Counted from the stretch's first letter, positions 13,805 to 27,880 are shown. The stretch is DNA of 64,000 nucleotides from Eledone cirrhosa (GCA_964016885.1 OZ024745.1:119598001-119662000), one strand, 5' to 3'. Notes: generated by a model from the sequence alone, not told the origin. Translations and numbers: made by a program.

Positions 13805-14920
13805 TAAAAAGAAATGGATAGGAAGACTAGGAAGCTATTGACTATCTACAACATGTTCCACAAGAGGAGTGATGTCGATAGACTCTACTTAAAGAGATCT
13901 GAAGGTGGAAGAGGTCTTATCAGCATAGAGGACTGTGTTCAGATGGTGTAAAACAACCTACACAAATACGTGACAGACAGTAGGGATCCAATGCTCAGAA
14001 TTGTACTGAAGGAGATGACAATAGACCAGGAGATGTCCAAGGAGGAAATAACAACAAGCAGGAAGAGCAACCTTCATGAAAAATCCCTTCATAGTACCTT
14101 CTTTAAGAAAACTGAATTTAGAGATCCACAGACATGGAACTGGTTAAAAAGAGGAGACCTTAAAAGGCTACAGAAGGAATGCTAATTGCTGCACAAGAGC
14201 AGGCCCTCAAAACGAAGTGGGTGAAACACCATATTTACAAGGAGGAGGCTAGCCCACTGTGTAGGATTTGTGGAGAAAGAGAGGGGACTGTAGCTCACAT
14301 TGTATCCGAGTGTAAACACCTAGCCCAGACTCACTATAAAGGCTGGAGACATGATGTGATGGGCAGGGTGATCCACTGGCACCTATGCAAAGTAAACAAT
14401 TTACCACATTCTGAGAAGTGGTATGAGCATAAGCCAAAGTCGGTGATAGAAAACGATCAGGTGAAGGTGCTGTGGGATTTTAGGATACAGACAGACAAGA
14501 AACTGGAACACAATAGACCTGACCTGGCGGTTTTGGACAAGGAAAAAAGATCGTGCCTGATTGTAGATGTAGCCTGCCGTTAGATACGAGAGTGCAAGAG
14601 AAGGAGAGGGAGAAAATTAACCGATACCAGGACTAAAAGTGGGAGGTAAAAATAATTTGGAACTGCCATGAAGTCAAAGTGGTCCCGATCATCATAGGCG
14701 CACTAGGTACTATCTCGAAGAGTTTCCAAGGATGGTTAAAGAAAATTGGTCCAGCCCCTCTTTTTGGAACACTTCAAAAGACATGCTTGCTGGGAACAGC
14801 AAGAAACCTCCGATACGTCCTGAATATCTGAAGCTGCAGGTAGCGACTTGATATTCATTTCAACAAACTTTCCAGTTAAATAACGTCAATGATTGACACC
14901 TAAAGAACAACAATAATAAT
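13805..14920 (+). mobile_element. R4/Dong-clade non-LTR retrotransposon 3' fragment (restriction-like endonuclease)
   Basis: RLYL.R.EGGRGL, CRICG..EGTVAHIVSEC..LA, RHD, LWDF.IQTD...HNRPDL, P.IIGALG; ends in CAACAATAATAAT. Confidence 0.88.
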
Positions 14921-15721
14921 AATATATGTAGTAATAAACACAGTAAATTATATATTTAAAATTACGAGGGGTGAGTTACGACGTTGGTTTGACAGATTTA
15001 ACCTGAAGCAAACGGAAAATACAGGATAAAGAGTAAAATGTAGAGACCGTTTCAATAACTATTTATCTCCCGGACAGATGAGAGATTTAATCTGTTTCAC
15101 CTGAGAATTGTGTTTGTAACCGATAATCCGTAGGCATCACCCACGAGAGATTAGATAAAATATGACAAACACCTAAAACCAAAAGCTATACGAATGAATA
15201 TTTCACCTCGTGTGCGAGTATTCCAAAATGGGGTGAGTGGATCGGCTAGAAATAATAGCCTAAATACACTCAACCTATAAGCTCACCAAGTTAGGGAGCC
15301 AAAATTCAAGTAAAAGGCAGAGTTAAAAACTCATATTAATACCCTGTAATGAACAAGCTCAAAGTATAAATACTGAAGCAGAGTTTCATTTGGAAACTCT
15401 GCTTCGAAGAATCGAGACATATCTGAGTATCTTGCGATTTCAGAGTCAGGTTCGATCTTTGCATCAATCGTGCCTCGAGCTGGTCGCAAGAGAAACGATT
15501 GTAATATGTCTATTAAATTTTAATTCGTCGCACCACTGGTTCTCCGTTTCTTATGTGATATTATACTCTGCTCTGTAAATGCATCGAGTGCTCAAACGGC
15601 CTACCGCATACTGACGCTTTAAGCACCCTCTTATAATACCCATATACACAGGTGTTTAGATGGTTGCGTGTGTGTGAGGCATGGTGTCTATATTAGAAAT
15701 GTAAGTGAAGCTTGATATACA

Positions 15722-15945
15722 AAAATATTGGTTTCTTATATAGGCACAAGGCCAGTAATGTTGGGGGAGGGGAAAGTCGATTAAATCGACCCCAGGGCGT
15801 GACTGGTACTTTATTTTATCAACCCCGTAAGGATGAAAGGCATAGTTAACATCGGCGAGATTTGAACTCAGATCATAAAGGCCCGTAACTCTATGCGGCA
15901 AAGCATGGCGCCCGACCCTCTACCGATACTGGCAATCCACCTCCC
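15722..15945 (-). mobile_element. SINE S1 full-length
   Basis: tRNA head (GGATTGCCAGTATCGGTAGAG..GAGTTCAAATC) plus body. Confidence 0.85.
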
Positions 15946-16049
15946 TTTATATACAAAAATATTAAATTATAAACATATCACATTATTATCACAGTGTGTA
16001 TCGTGTAATGTCGTTGTTTGATTCCTCCATTACGTTACACATGCTCTAT

Positions 16050-16985
16050 TCGATGGTGGTGGCGTGGTGGTGATGGTGGTGATGGTGGTGGTGTTGGTGG
16101 TGGTGCTTGTGGTGGTGGTTATGGTGATGGTGGCGGTGGTGGTGGTGGTGGTGGTGATGATGGTGGTGATAGTGGAGGTGGTGGTGATGGTGGTGGTGGT
16201 GGTTGTTGTGGTGGTGGTGATGGTTGTGGTGGTGGTGGTGGTGATGGTTGTGGTGGTGGTGTGAATGGTGGTAGTGATGTTGATGGTTGTGGTGGTGATG
16301 GTGTTGATCGCGGTGATGGTGATGGTCGTGATAGTGATAGTGGTGTTGGTGGTGGTGATGGTGTTGATAGCGGTGATGGTGATGGTGGTGGTGGCGATGG
16401 TGGTGGTGGTGGTGTTGATGGTGGTGATGGTGGTGGTGTGGGTGATGGTGTTGGTGGTGCTGGATGGTGGTGGTGGTGGTGGTGGTGGTGGTGGTGGTGA
16501 TGATTCTGATGGTGGTAGTGGTGGTGGTAGTGGTGGTGATCGTGGTGGTGATGATGGTGATGGTGGTGGTGGTGATGGCGGTGGTGTGTTGGTGGTGGTG
16601 ATAGTGGTGGAGGTGGTGTGGTAGTGGCGGTGATGGTGGCGGTGGTGGTGATGGTGGTGTTGGTGGTGGGGGTGATGGTGACGGTGTGGGGTGGGGGTGG
16701 GTGGGAGGTCGTGGGGGGAGTGATGGGGGGGGGGGTGATGGTGATGGTGTGGTGGTGGTGGTGGTGGTGGTGGTGGTGGTGGTGATGGTAGTGATGACTG
16801 TGATGGTGATGGTGAGGGTGAAGGTGGGGATGGTGTTGACGGTGATGGTAGTGATGACTGTGATGGTTACGGGTAATGGTGGTGGTGGTGGTGTTGGTAG
16901 TGATGACGGTGATGGTGATGGTGATGGTGTTGGTGGTGGTGGTGGTGGGAGTGATGACGGTGACGGTGATGGTGTGGTGGTGGTG
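16050..16985. repeat. Degenerate (GGT/GAT)n trinucleotide array
   Basis: Seen directly; poly-G, poly-V and poly-W ORFs are artefacts. Confidence 0.95.
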
Positions 16986-17251
16986 TGTTTGCCGTTCTAA
17001 ACCTATGACAGTTTAAGCGGCGTTTCTGTTCAATTATTTAATATTATTTCTTTAAAATGTCACTCATATCTCTTCTATGTCGTCTGGGTCACAATGGTAT
17101 AACATTGGGTGTATGATTTATCCATAATTTATACTCTCATGCTTATATGTTCTAGTCGCAGAAATATAAACAGACGTAAATAAACCGGATTGTGTATTGT
17201 GTGTAACACAATGACGATCACTTTTTAAGTATTAGAATATATATATATATT

Positions 17252-17360
<109 letters not shown>

Positions 17361-17848
17361 CACAAGAATCAAAGCTATGTTCAAAGTATTTATTCATTTA
17401 CAATTGTTTCATCCAAACCTAAACTTGAAGTCTTCGGAGAATTTTTCAATGCTTGTAAATATAATTGACCTCATATCCAACGCAAGAGACATACAGATAC
17501 ATATATATATATTGATGTACAGTGGAGTGACATATATTATACTATACTATATCTGTACAGCAATTCAAATATAAATCAAAATCAAAATTAAAATCAAAAT
17601 TAAAATTAAAATACATGCGGCAGATAACACAGATAATGTAAGAGGATAGTTTGATAATCAGATTTGAACATAGCTTTGATTCTTGTGAATTATATATAAC
17701 TGCTCTGTAGAACAACTGATGTTATTACATTGAGCTATTTATCTTACTGGTAATAAGGTAGTAATAAATTACTGACCTTTCCTGTTTATAGTTAAAAATA
17801 TACATAACTGTAAAAAGTTTAAAATATACATAACTATAAATAGTATCC

Positions 17849-17993
<145 letters not shown>

Positions 17994-18120
17994 ACCTAAG
18001 ATTAATATGGCTCATTGATTACTCAATGAATACAGTTTTACAATAGATTAAAAGGACTCAACCTGCCAATACCGGAATTGAAATATCAAGATCGTTGATT
18101 TATGTCATATATCAAATCAT

Positions 18121-18188
18121 ATATTGTATCTGACGAGGACGTACTGAATAAACAACTCAGTACCTTCGAAATATATATAATAAAGCAT
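18121..18188 (+). ncRNA. Type I HHR motif (family C)
   Basis: CUGACGA-GGACGUACUGA-AUAAACAAC-UCAGUACCUUC-GAAA-UAUAUA-UA. Confidence 0.75.
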
Positions 18189-18229
18189 ATATTTTGATTA
18201 TGTGAATATCTTCATTTGTTAATATTTTG

Positions 18230-18327
<98 letters not shown>

Positions 18328-18374
18328 GTATATATATATAAATATATATATATACATATACATACATATATATG

Positions 18375-18430
<56 letters not shown>

Positions 18431-18479
18431 CATACACACACACACACATATATATATATATACATGTATATTTATATAC

Positions 18480-18510
<31 letters not shown>

Positions 18511-18588
18511 AATGAAAAGTAAAGAAATATATATATATATATATATTAATTACAAATATTAACAAAATATATATTCTTGTGATCAATT

Positions 18589-18657
18589 ATATTTTATTAT
18601 ACATATTTCAGAGGTACTGAATTAAGTTCAACAGTACGTCCTCATCAGATAAAATAA
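18589..18657 (-). ncRNA. Type I HHR (family C), copy 1 of 3
   Basis: UAUUUUAU-CUGAUGA-GGACGUACUG..CAGUACCUCU-GAAA-UAUGUA-UA/AUAAAAUA; 8-bp stem I. Confidence 0.8.
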
Positions 18658-18859
18658 AATGATACATGACATACTCTGAAATGGTAGATGGTTAAGATTT
18701 ACTCAAGGTAGTGATTATCTTATGACAAAACTCAATATTTATACCCTAATATTTTAAGAAATAGTAGAAACAATTATTAATATTCGAAAAACACAGATTA
18801 CATTTATTGTATTCACCATGTAGAGCGAAAGTTTTCTTTATATATATATATATACATAT

Positions 18860-18945
<86 letters not shown>

Positions 18946-18992
18946 GTATATATATATAAATATATATATATACATATACATACATATATATG

Positions 18993-19048
<56 letters not shown>

Positions 19049-19097
19049 CATACACACACACACACATATATATATATATACATGTATATTTATATAC

Positions 19098-19128
<31 letters not shown>

Positions 19129-19206
19129 AATGAAAAGTAAAGAAATATATATATATATATATATTAATTACAAATATTAACAAAATATATATTCTTGTGA
19201 TCAATT

Positions 19207-19275
19207 ATATTTTATTATACATATTTCAGAGGTACTGAATTAAGTTCAACAGTACGTCCTCATCAGATAAAATAA
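19207..19275 (-). ncRNA. Type I HHR (family C), copy 2 of 3
   Basis: Identical to 18589-18657. Confidence 0.8.
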
Positions 19276-19477
19276 AATGATACATGACATACTCTGAAAT
19301 GGTAGATGGTTAAGATTTACTCAAGGTAGTGATTATCTTATGACAAAACTCAATATTTATACCCTAATATTTTAAGAAATAGTAGAAACAATTATTAATA
19401 TTCGAAAAACACAGATTACATTTATTGTATTCACCATGTAGAGCGAAAGTTTTCTTTATATATATATATATACATAT

Positions 19478-19563
<86 letters not shown>

Positions 19564-19610
19564 GTATATATATATAAATATATATATATACATATACATA
19601 CATATATATG

Positions 19611-19670
<60 letters not shown>

Positions 19671-19719
19671 CATACACACACACACACATATATATATATA
19701 TACATGTATATTTATATAC

Positions 19720-19750
<31 letters not shown>

Positions 19751-19828
19751 AATGAAAAGTAAAGAAATATATATATATATATATATTAATTACAAATATT
19801 AACAAAATATATATTCTTGTGATCAATT

Positions 19829-19897
19829 ATATTTTATTATACATATTTCAGAGGTACTGAATTAAGTTCAACAGTACGTCCTCATCAGATAAAATAA
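19829..19897 (-). ncRNA. Type I HHR (family C), copy 3 of 3
   Basis: Identical to 18589-18657. Confidence 0.8.
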
Positions 19898-20099
19898 AAT
19901 GATACATGACATACTCTGAAATGGTAGATGGTTAAGATTTACTCAAGGTAGTGATTATCTTATGACAAAACTCAATATTTATACCCTAATATTTTAAGAA
20001 ATAGTAGAAACAATTATTAATATTCGAAAAACACAGATTACATTTATTGTATTCACCATGTAGAGCGAAAGTTTTCTTTATATATATATATATACATAT

Positions 20100-20272
<173 letters not shown>

Positions 20273-20309
20273 TATATGCATATATATATATATATATATA
20301 CTTATATGC

Positions 20310-20362
<53 letters not shown>

Positions 20363-20388
20363 CTTATATGCATATATATATATATATA

Positions 20389-20667
20389 TAAGAGACGTAA
20401 AATAAGAAAATTATAAAATTAACTTACTAAAATATCACTTCCAACTAATTAGTTTCTGGAATGGAGTAAATATATTTTCCGAAGAATAATACAGAGAAGC
20501 ATTCCGTCGTCAGGAAAGTCTATTCTCATGTAACTTTCCTGACGACGGAATGCTTCTCTATATTATTCTTCGGAAAATATATTTACTCCATTCCAGAAAC
20601 TAATTAGTTGGAAGTGATATTTTAGTAAGTAAGTTAATTTTATAATTTTCTTATTTTACGTCTCTTA
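20389..20667. repeat. About 280-bp near-perfect palindrome carrying an HHR on each arm
   Basis: TAAGAGACG... / ...CGTCTCTTA arms with a spacer of about 13 nt; left end abuts (TA)n. Confidence 0.9.
20533..20615 (+). ncRNA. Type I HHR with long stem II
   Basis: ACUUUC-CUGACGA-C-GGAAUG...CAUUCC-A-GAAA-CUAAUUAG-UU/GGAAGU; stems I and III both pair. Confidence 0.75.
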
Positions 20668-20784
20668 TATTATTGTTCTGCAACCCCATGCATTGAACCA
20701 CACTGTTATTAAGACAAAACCTATATATTTGCTAGCATTGATATGCATCTGTATGTATATATATGTTACTAGATATGAATTCTT

Positions 20785-20834
<50 letters not shown>

Positions 20835-20903
20835 TTATATATATATATGCATATATGTATATATATATATTTATATATATTTATATATGCATATATGTAT
20901 ATA

Positions 20904-20997
<94 letters not shown>

Positions 20998-21003
20998 TAT
21001 AAG

Positions 21004-21034
<31 letters not shown>

Positions 21035-21075
21035 GCATATAAGTATATATATATAAGTATATATATATATATGCA

Positions 21076-21287
<212 letters not shown>

Positions 21288-21344
21288 AAAACTTTCGCTC
21301 TACATGGTGAATACAATAAATGTAATCTGTGTTTTTCGCATATT

Positions 21345-21540
21345 AATAATTGTTTCTACTTTTGGCACAAGGCCAGCAATTACCTAGTGCATTACTGGTA
21401 CTTTATTGTATCTACCCCGTAAGGATGAAAGGCAAAGTTAACCTTGGCGGGATTTGAACTCAGAATGATAAGGGGCGTAACTCTATGCGTCAAAGCATAG
21501 TGTCCGACTCTCTACCGATACTGCCAATCCACCGCCTTTT
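21345..21540 (-). mobile_element. SINE S1
   Basis: Matches S1 head, body and tail. Confidence 0.85.
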
Positions 21541-21849
21541 CGTATATTGATAATAACATTCGGTTCGTTTGCAATTATGCAAACAACCCTCATTTTTAAA
21601 GTCATATCAGTAGAATGAACCCTTCATTCTTGCTCTTGTTTTTGCATGTAAACAAAACTGCAGACACTAATGTTTTTGGGTATCACCCTTCATTAGTACA
21701 GTTCACTGTTCATCTGCCAACTGGCAGAGCTAGTGAAAGTATATGCTATTTTCTAAAATATACAGTGACTGATCGGCCTGATTTGCATAGTAGCAGACTG
21801 GCTGATCAGTCAGATCTGCATATTAGCAGATCTACTGATCAGCCAGATT

Positions 21850-21892
21850 TGCAGACACTAATGTTTCTGGGTATTACCCTTCATCAGTACAG
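21850..21892 (-). ncRNA. Minimal type I HHR (family D)
   Basis: CUGUA-CUGAUGA-AGGGUAAUACCCA-GAAA-CAUUAGUG-UC/UGCA. Confidence 0.8.
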
Positions 21893-22075
21893 TTCACTGT
21901 TCACCTGCCAACAGTGATCTGTACTGAATGGGGCAAAGCCGGCCATTTATCGCTCGTATACAAGAAACTGACATGCCAGTTTGCTGATATACAAATCAGG
22001 CCGGTCAGTCACTGTATATTTCAGAAAATAGCATATATTTTCACTAGCTCTGACAGTTGGAAGGTGAACATTGAG

Positions 22076-22119
22076 CTGTACTGATGAAGGGTGATATCCA
22101 GAAACATTAGTGTCTACAG
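22076..22119 (+). ncRNA. Minimal type I HHR (family D)
   Basis: CUGUA-CUGAUGA-AGGGUGAUAUCCA-GAAA-CAUUAGUG-UC/UACAG; perfect 5-bp stem I and GUC cleavage triplet. Confidence 0.85.
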
Positions 22120-22596
22120 ATACTTTGATTCGTGAAGACGTTCCCTGTCAATGACCGGAAAAAAACGAAGATAATACGTCGTTATGTGGACCGATGAGAA
22201 CAATTACACGCAAAGTCAAAACCAGGTTTATGGTATAAATGAAGTCGTAGACTAATATTCTATTCAGGAAATCGAATGATTCTCAGCTACAAAGTTAAGA
22301 ATAATGTAAATAAATTAATAGAACGAAAATAACAGAGGTTATTAAAATCAATAATAATTAAATGTATACATACACGCATCCATATGCGTACATACACGTG
22401 CATACACGAAAACACCCACCATGCATGCATATAAATGCACATAAACATAAACACTCACACACTTATATAAACCCGTGCGATACGTTTACCTGCACACATA
22501 CCAATTTATACATCAAATAAACATAACATATATGTATATATATATATATATATCAATGATATTAATAAATGGAAACTATATTTATGAAACCATATT

Positions 22597-22657
22597 TATT
22601 CTATTATATATATTTCAAGAGTACCAAAACTTTGGTACGCCCTCATCAGATAAAATA
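22597..22657 (-). ncRNA. Type I HHR (family C2) within a short element (about 22553-22730)
   Basis: UAUUUUAU-CUGAUGA-GGGCGUACCAAAG-UUUUGGUACUCUU-GAAA-UAUAUA-UA/AUAGAAUA; homologue at 36256. Confidence 0.8.
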
Positions 22658-22726
22658 CAAAGTTTGTTTTATAAATATTGACATATCCAGGAAGGGGATC
22701 TTAACGGTTCAAGTTTTTCCTGGATA

Positions 22727-22759
<33 letters not shown>

Positions 22760-23284
22760 ATTATATAAACGTATATAAATATACATATATAAATACGTAT
22801 ATAATGCAGGTATATGCGTATGTGTATATTTGAGTGTTTGTATTGATATCTATGTATGAGTTAGTGTAAACGTGTATGTACATGTATAAAAAGCCACTCA
22901 TTTGAAAGATAACACGTGGGTGCCTTTTACTGTGTTCATTCTCTTGCAAACATTCAGACTAGACTGAATGAGAGATGATCAGTACAAGAGGAAGTCAGCT
23001 TTAAACACTTACAACAGAAAGCGAATAAACGAGATTAAAACTATAGAAATTAGATTGATTACTAATGAGTATTATTGCAACTCAGGCTTTATTGCTTTTA
23101 TAAATCAAACAGTTTAGTCACGTTATATATAGGACTAAAGCTTAAGAGGTCAAATGTTTCTAAACATTCACAGTTCTTCAGAAGCAATGTTGCTCTTGTA
23201 TAATTTATAGAATTACTAGTAGTTTATTATTGATACATATTTTATTGATTATAGGGAAATGAAACGCAAAATCAGTTCCGGTTG

Positions 23285-23439
23285 GATTGGATCAGAGTAA
23301 ATATTGAGGCTGATTTAAACATAAAATCTCACTTTATCACCAAAAACTACACATCAGTAGGAATGAATCAATTAACATAATTTCTATTGGTTGCCACTCA
23401 CACATACATACAAACACATGTTTATATACGCATACATAC

Positions 23440-23485
<46 letters not shown>

Positions 23486-23515
23486 ATGTATGTATGTATA
23501 TATATATATACATAC

Positions 23516-23585
<70 letters not shown>

Positions 23586-23744
23586 GTATGTATGTATGCG
23601 TATATAAACATGTGTTTGTATGTATGTGTGAGTGGCAACCAATAGAAATTATGTTAATTGATTCATTCCTACTGATGTGTAGTTTTTGGTGATAAAGTGA
23701 GATTTTATGTTTAAATCAGCCTCAATATTTACTCTCATCCAATC
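23285..23744. repeat. Inverted repeat with arms of about 160 bp around a (TA)n core
   Basis: Arms are near-perfect reverse complements. Confidence 0.9.
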
Positions 23745-23764
23745 TTGAATATGTCTGAAATCGC

Positions 23765-23840
<76 letters not shown>

Positions 23841-23929
23841 ACGTTTGTCTGATACAGGCTATTGATAGTTCAATAGTACAACCTAGTTATATAGTAGTAA
23901 TGACATATAATCCTCCCCCACAAATACAA

Positions 23930-24120
23930 ATAATTGTTTCTACTTTAGGCACAAGGCCAGCAATTACCCAGTGCATTACTGGTACTTTATTTTATCGACC
24001 CCGTAAGGATGAAAGGCAAAGTCAACCTCGGCGGGATTTGAACTCAGATCGTAAAGGGACGTAACTATGCTGGAAAGCATGGTGTCTGACCCTCTACCGA
24101 TACTGCCAATCCACCGCCAC
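23930..24120 (-). mobile_element. SINE S1
   Basis: Matches S1. Confidence 0.85.
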
Positions 24121-24339
24121 AAATACAAATAATAATATTTATTTACTGTCACACAGTCTTGTATACATAGAGCAAGCAATACACATTAACAAAGTGAATC
24201 ACTGTGTCACATAAAGTACAATATTGACGACATAAATTATTAATCAACACACTCACACGCACACATACATACCCTTCCCTGTCCCTCACACATACACAAA
24301 ATACTCAATGACAAAAACAAAACGACCGCCAGAAGATCC

Positions 24340-24545
24340 ATTTGTAATGGCTCTTCCAGCGCATCTCCCTTACCATCCTCCAGGAAAACGCCTTCTCTAT
24401 TCCATCCGCCAGGGCTGTGGGACGACCAGCATGTGGGACCACATTTGTTCGCTGGGAAGGGCGAGTGAAATGGAGGCGATGATGTTGGGAGTTCCGTTTT
24501 TCCGTGTTTTGGACACATTGCCCCTGTCATGTGTATCATGTGATA
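24340..24545. repeat. Unclassified GC-richer interspersed repeat (second copy about 59575-59760)
   Basis: Shared ATCTCCCTTACCATCC..GGAAAACGCCTTCTC..GGGCTGTGG..GGACACATTGC. Confidence 0.7.
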
Positions 24546-24822
24546 AATGCTTTGAATTGAGATTCAAATATATGCTGAAGTCTCGTTGACGTATAAGTTA
24601 TTGCTACATGATATTATATGTTATCATTGAGTTATGCAGAGTGGTTGCTTTGGAAACAAAAGCCACGTATGATTCAGGGAAGTTTGGTCCTTGTTACCGT
24701 CGCTGTCCACTTATTTTCTGACATATTCAAGTATTATTCATAATTAACATTATTGTGTCCAACATATACACCACTCGCCCATAGGAATTTACATCTCTCT
24801 CTCTCTGCATATATATATATAT

Positions 24823-24973
24823 ATAGGAAAAGAGTCAGGACCCTGACGGCTGAGTTCCGGCCGTTTCGACAGCCAGATAAGTTCAGATCTAGCCCTATTA
24901 CCCACTCTACTACCCTAAGTATCGAGTGCTCTGGTGCGTTATGGGACCCCTGGTTACTAACCACACTTCCTTC

Positions 24974-24975
<2 letters not shown>
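24823..24975 (+). mobile_element. Family B diverged copy
   Basis: Inverted arm plus the same tail (CCTATTACCCACTCTACTACCCTAAGT...CTTCCTTCGTT). Confidence 0.7.
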
Positions 24976-25029
<54 letters not shown>

Positions 25030-25034
<5 letters not shown>

Positions 25035-25622
25035 GAGTTAAACAAGATTCAATGACTACATCAAAGAATGAGTTTTACAGTAGATTGGAAACACTCTACA
25101 AAAAATATTTGCCAGAGTTATTAATATTAATTCCAAATATTAACAAAATAGATATTCTTGTGATCAATTAAATTTTATTATACATATTTCAGAGGTACTG
25201 AATCAAGTTCAACAGTACGTCCTCATCAGATAAAATAATATGATACATGACATACCCTGACATGTTAGATGGTTAAGATTTAATCAAGGTAGTGATTAAC
25301 TTATGAGAAAACTCAATATTTATACCCTAATATTGAGAACATGCGAAAATGTAATAGAATCAATAGGGAGAGTGTGAGTAAGAAAAACATTGCCTTAATG
25401 CAACAGTTATAGAGTTTTTAAAATTTGAAATACTACTATAGGACTATAGAGGAAGACGTATCTGGAGTTATAATTTATTTAGTATTTAGCTTGAGAAGAC
25501 AATTGACAGATAATTAAAGAGAGGGAGAGGACGTACTGTTGAACTTGATTCAGTACCTCTGAAATATGTATAATAAAATTTAATTAATCACAAGAATATC
25601 TATTTTGTTAATATTTGAATTA
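25030..25622. mobile_element. Family C element with inverted partial copy; HHR at 25171-25238 (-)
   Basis: 25527-25622 is the reverse complement of about 25127-25224; (TA)n on both sides. Confidence 0.8.
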
Positions 25623-25635
25623 ATATATATATATA

Positions 25636-25710
<75 letters not shown>

Positions 25711-25871
25711 CGAACCTAACCTATTTAATCCTGAAGAAGGGCTTATGCCCGAAACGTCTCCCCCCCCCCCACTCGCAAGAGCGTGAACCTGATAAACCTT
25801 TATTTGTCTACCTCTCTGTGTTGTTCCCGTCTAAATTTGCACTATATATATATATATATATATATACATAT

Positions 25872-26076
25872 ATAGGAACGAGTAGGATCCCGACGGCTGA
25901 GCTCAAGCCGTATCGACGGCTAATTCTGGACTAATGAGTCCAGAATTAGTCGTCGAAACGGCTTGAGCTCAGCCGTCGGGGTCCTACTCGTTCCTATTAC
26001 CCACTCTACTACCCTAAGTATTGAGTACTTTGGTGCGTTATGGTCCACTTGGTTCCTTACCACTTTTCCTCCGTTA
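25872..26076 (+). mobile_element. Family B fold-back element
   Basis: Same arms and tail as 8100-8321. Confidence 0.8.
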
Positions 26077-26079
26077 TAT

Positions 26080-26220
26080 AGACCAAGGTTAACGTATGTT
26101 GATGCCCTAAGGACAGACACTGGTCTGTTGGAGATGCAGGACATGGCAGTGATAATGAGGGACAGAGACCGCTGGAGAGAACTCGTCCATGGATCTCGGG
26201 AATTTTACCCGCCTTAGATA
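26080..26220 (+). mobile_element. RTE-like LINE extreme 3' fragment
   Basis: RPRLTYVDALRTDTG...MRDRDRWRELV followed by a (TAGA)n tail; second copy at 59350-59520 (-). Confidence 0.75.
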
Positions 26221-27187
26221 GATAGATATATATATAAAATAAAATAAGTAAGTCAAATATGTAAAATTTGGCTTCAGTTATTATAAATTATACATTTACT
26301 GCTTTCTATATTTCGGTGACAGCTATTATTGGATGTGGCCTCTTCAGGCAGTCCCAATTGTGTGGAAAAGAAAGGTACACATGTTGTTGAAGTGTGTTTC
26401 ACTCTGTCAATACATCGATATGTCCAGCTGCTGGGTGTGTTGTTAGTCCTCCGACGAACTGGAATGTTACATATTTGACTTACTTATTTTATTTTACTTT
26501 ACTCCCGAGTAAACAAACCAACTCGCGCACTTCGTTGAGTGCTCCAATCTGCATACTGAGGTGTCGGTAAACAACCAACATATACTCAATATATATATAT
26601 AAAGAGAGAGACACAGAAAGAGAAATGTAAATTCTTATGTACGTGTGTGTGGTTGTTGTTATCGACAAGTGCGGGGTTTTTGTGATTTATCAAGATTTTC
26701 TGTAAGAATTGGGAGTTTTCCGTTTATGTCTTGTAGTGCTTTTAGGATTTCCTCATTTATATTTGTAGTTCTGCTGTCGGGTTCCAGAGTCATTTTCGGG
26801 ATTTGTATAGTCTAAGTTATTTGAAAAGGGAGTAAGGTTCTATAAAAAAAAGAGTGGTTATATGGAAAAGGTGGAATTGGAAAGGGCAAGGAAAACATAT
26901 TTAAGGGATCTGTTTTTCTTTATTTCTTTGATCTGTCAAAGTGACATTATTGAAAAAATGAGAGGAATAGTTTCTTTAAAAAAGGAGTTTTATAATGTAT
27001 ATAAAATATATAAAATATAACCGGTTTTGATGTATCGGTGTAATCCATTTTATCAAATGTTGAATATTACAATTTAATTAAAAAGAATTAAGAATTTCAA
27101 ATTTCAAATTAAGTTTTGAAGGTTTGTTCATCCTTTCTTGTTGAGAAGAAGACTGGGTCTAAAATGGAACCTTATATATAGAGAGAC

Positions 27188-27249
<62 letters not shown>

Positions 27250-27496
27250 TGTGTCTTTTCACAGAACAAAATTATTTTTAGGGAGGGGAATTTTTCTGTA
27301 TGTATGTGTGTGTATCGCAATTGTCTTAAAGAACTGGTCAAGAATTAAGATGGCGAAGTGGGGAAATGTAAGCTAGAAACAATTGCCATAGGGGAGAGAG
27401 GTATACAGGATTGTGAAAAGGTATAGGATTGTAAAAGAAATTCTATTTTAGGAATAAGGTTTTAGAGGGTATGAGTGTGTATGTATGAGTGTGTCT

Positions 27497-27604
<108 letters not shown>

Positions 27605-27792
27605 TGTCTGTGTGTATCCGTCTGACTGTGTGTGTGTGTTTTAGTTTGTGTGACACGGCCCTTTTGTGGTGGGTATAGTATTAGTGATGGCTTTCAATCA
27701 GGAATTCGGAAAGGGTTTATTTATGGAAAAAATTTATATGAATAATTTCTTTGTTATTTCGTGATGTGTAAAAGAGAGATAGAGTGAGCGCG

Positions 27793-27874
<82 letters not shown>

Positions 27875-27880
<6 letters not shown>

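Noticed and set aside
16018-17000. Gly-rich or Val-rich protein ORFs
   Set aside because: (GGT)n array open in all frames.
25725-25765. HHR-like CUGAAGA-AGGGCUUAUGCCC-GAAACGUC (related motif near 12139)
   Set aside because: Core and stem II are present but no stem I pairing was found; probably a decayed remnant, not called as functional.
26650-27480. Possible decayed PLE N-terminal region
   Set aside because: Too many stops and no diagnostic motif.
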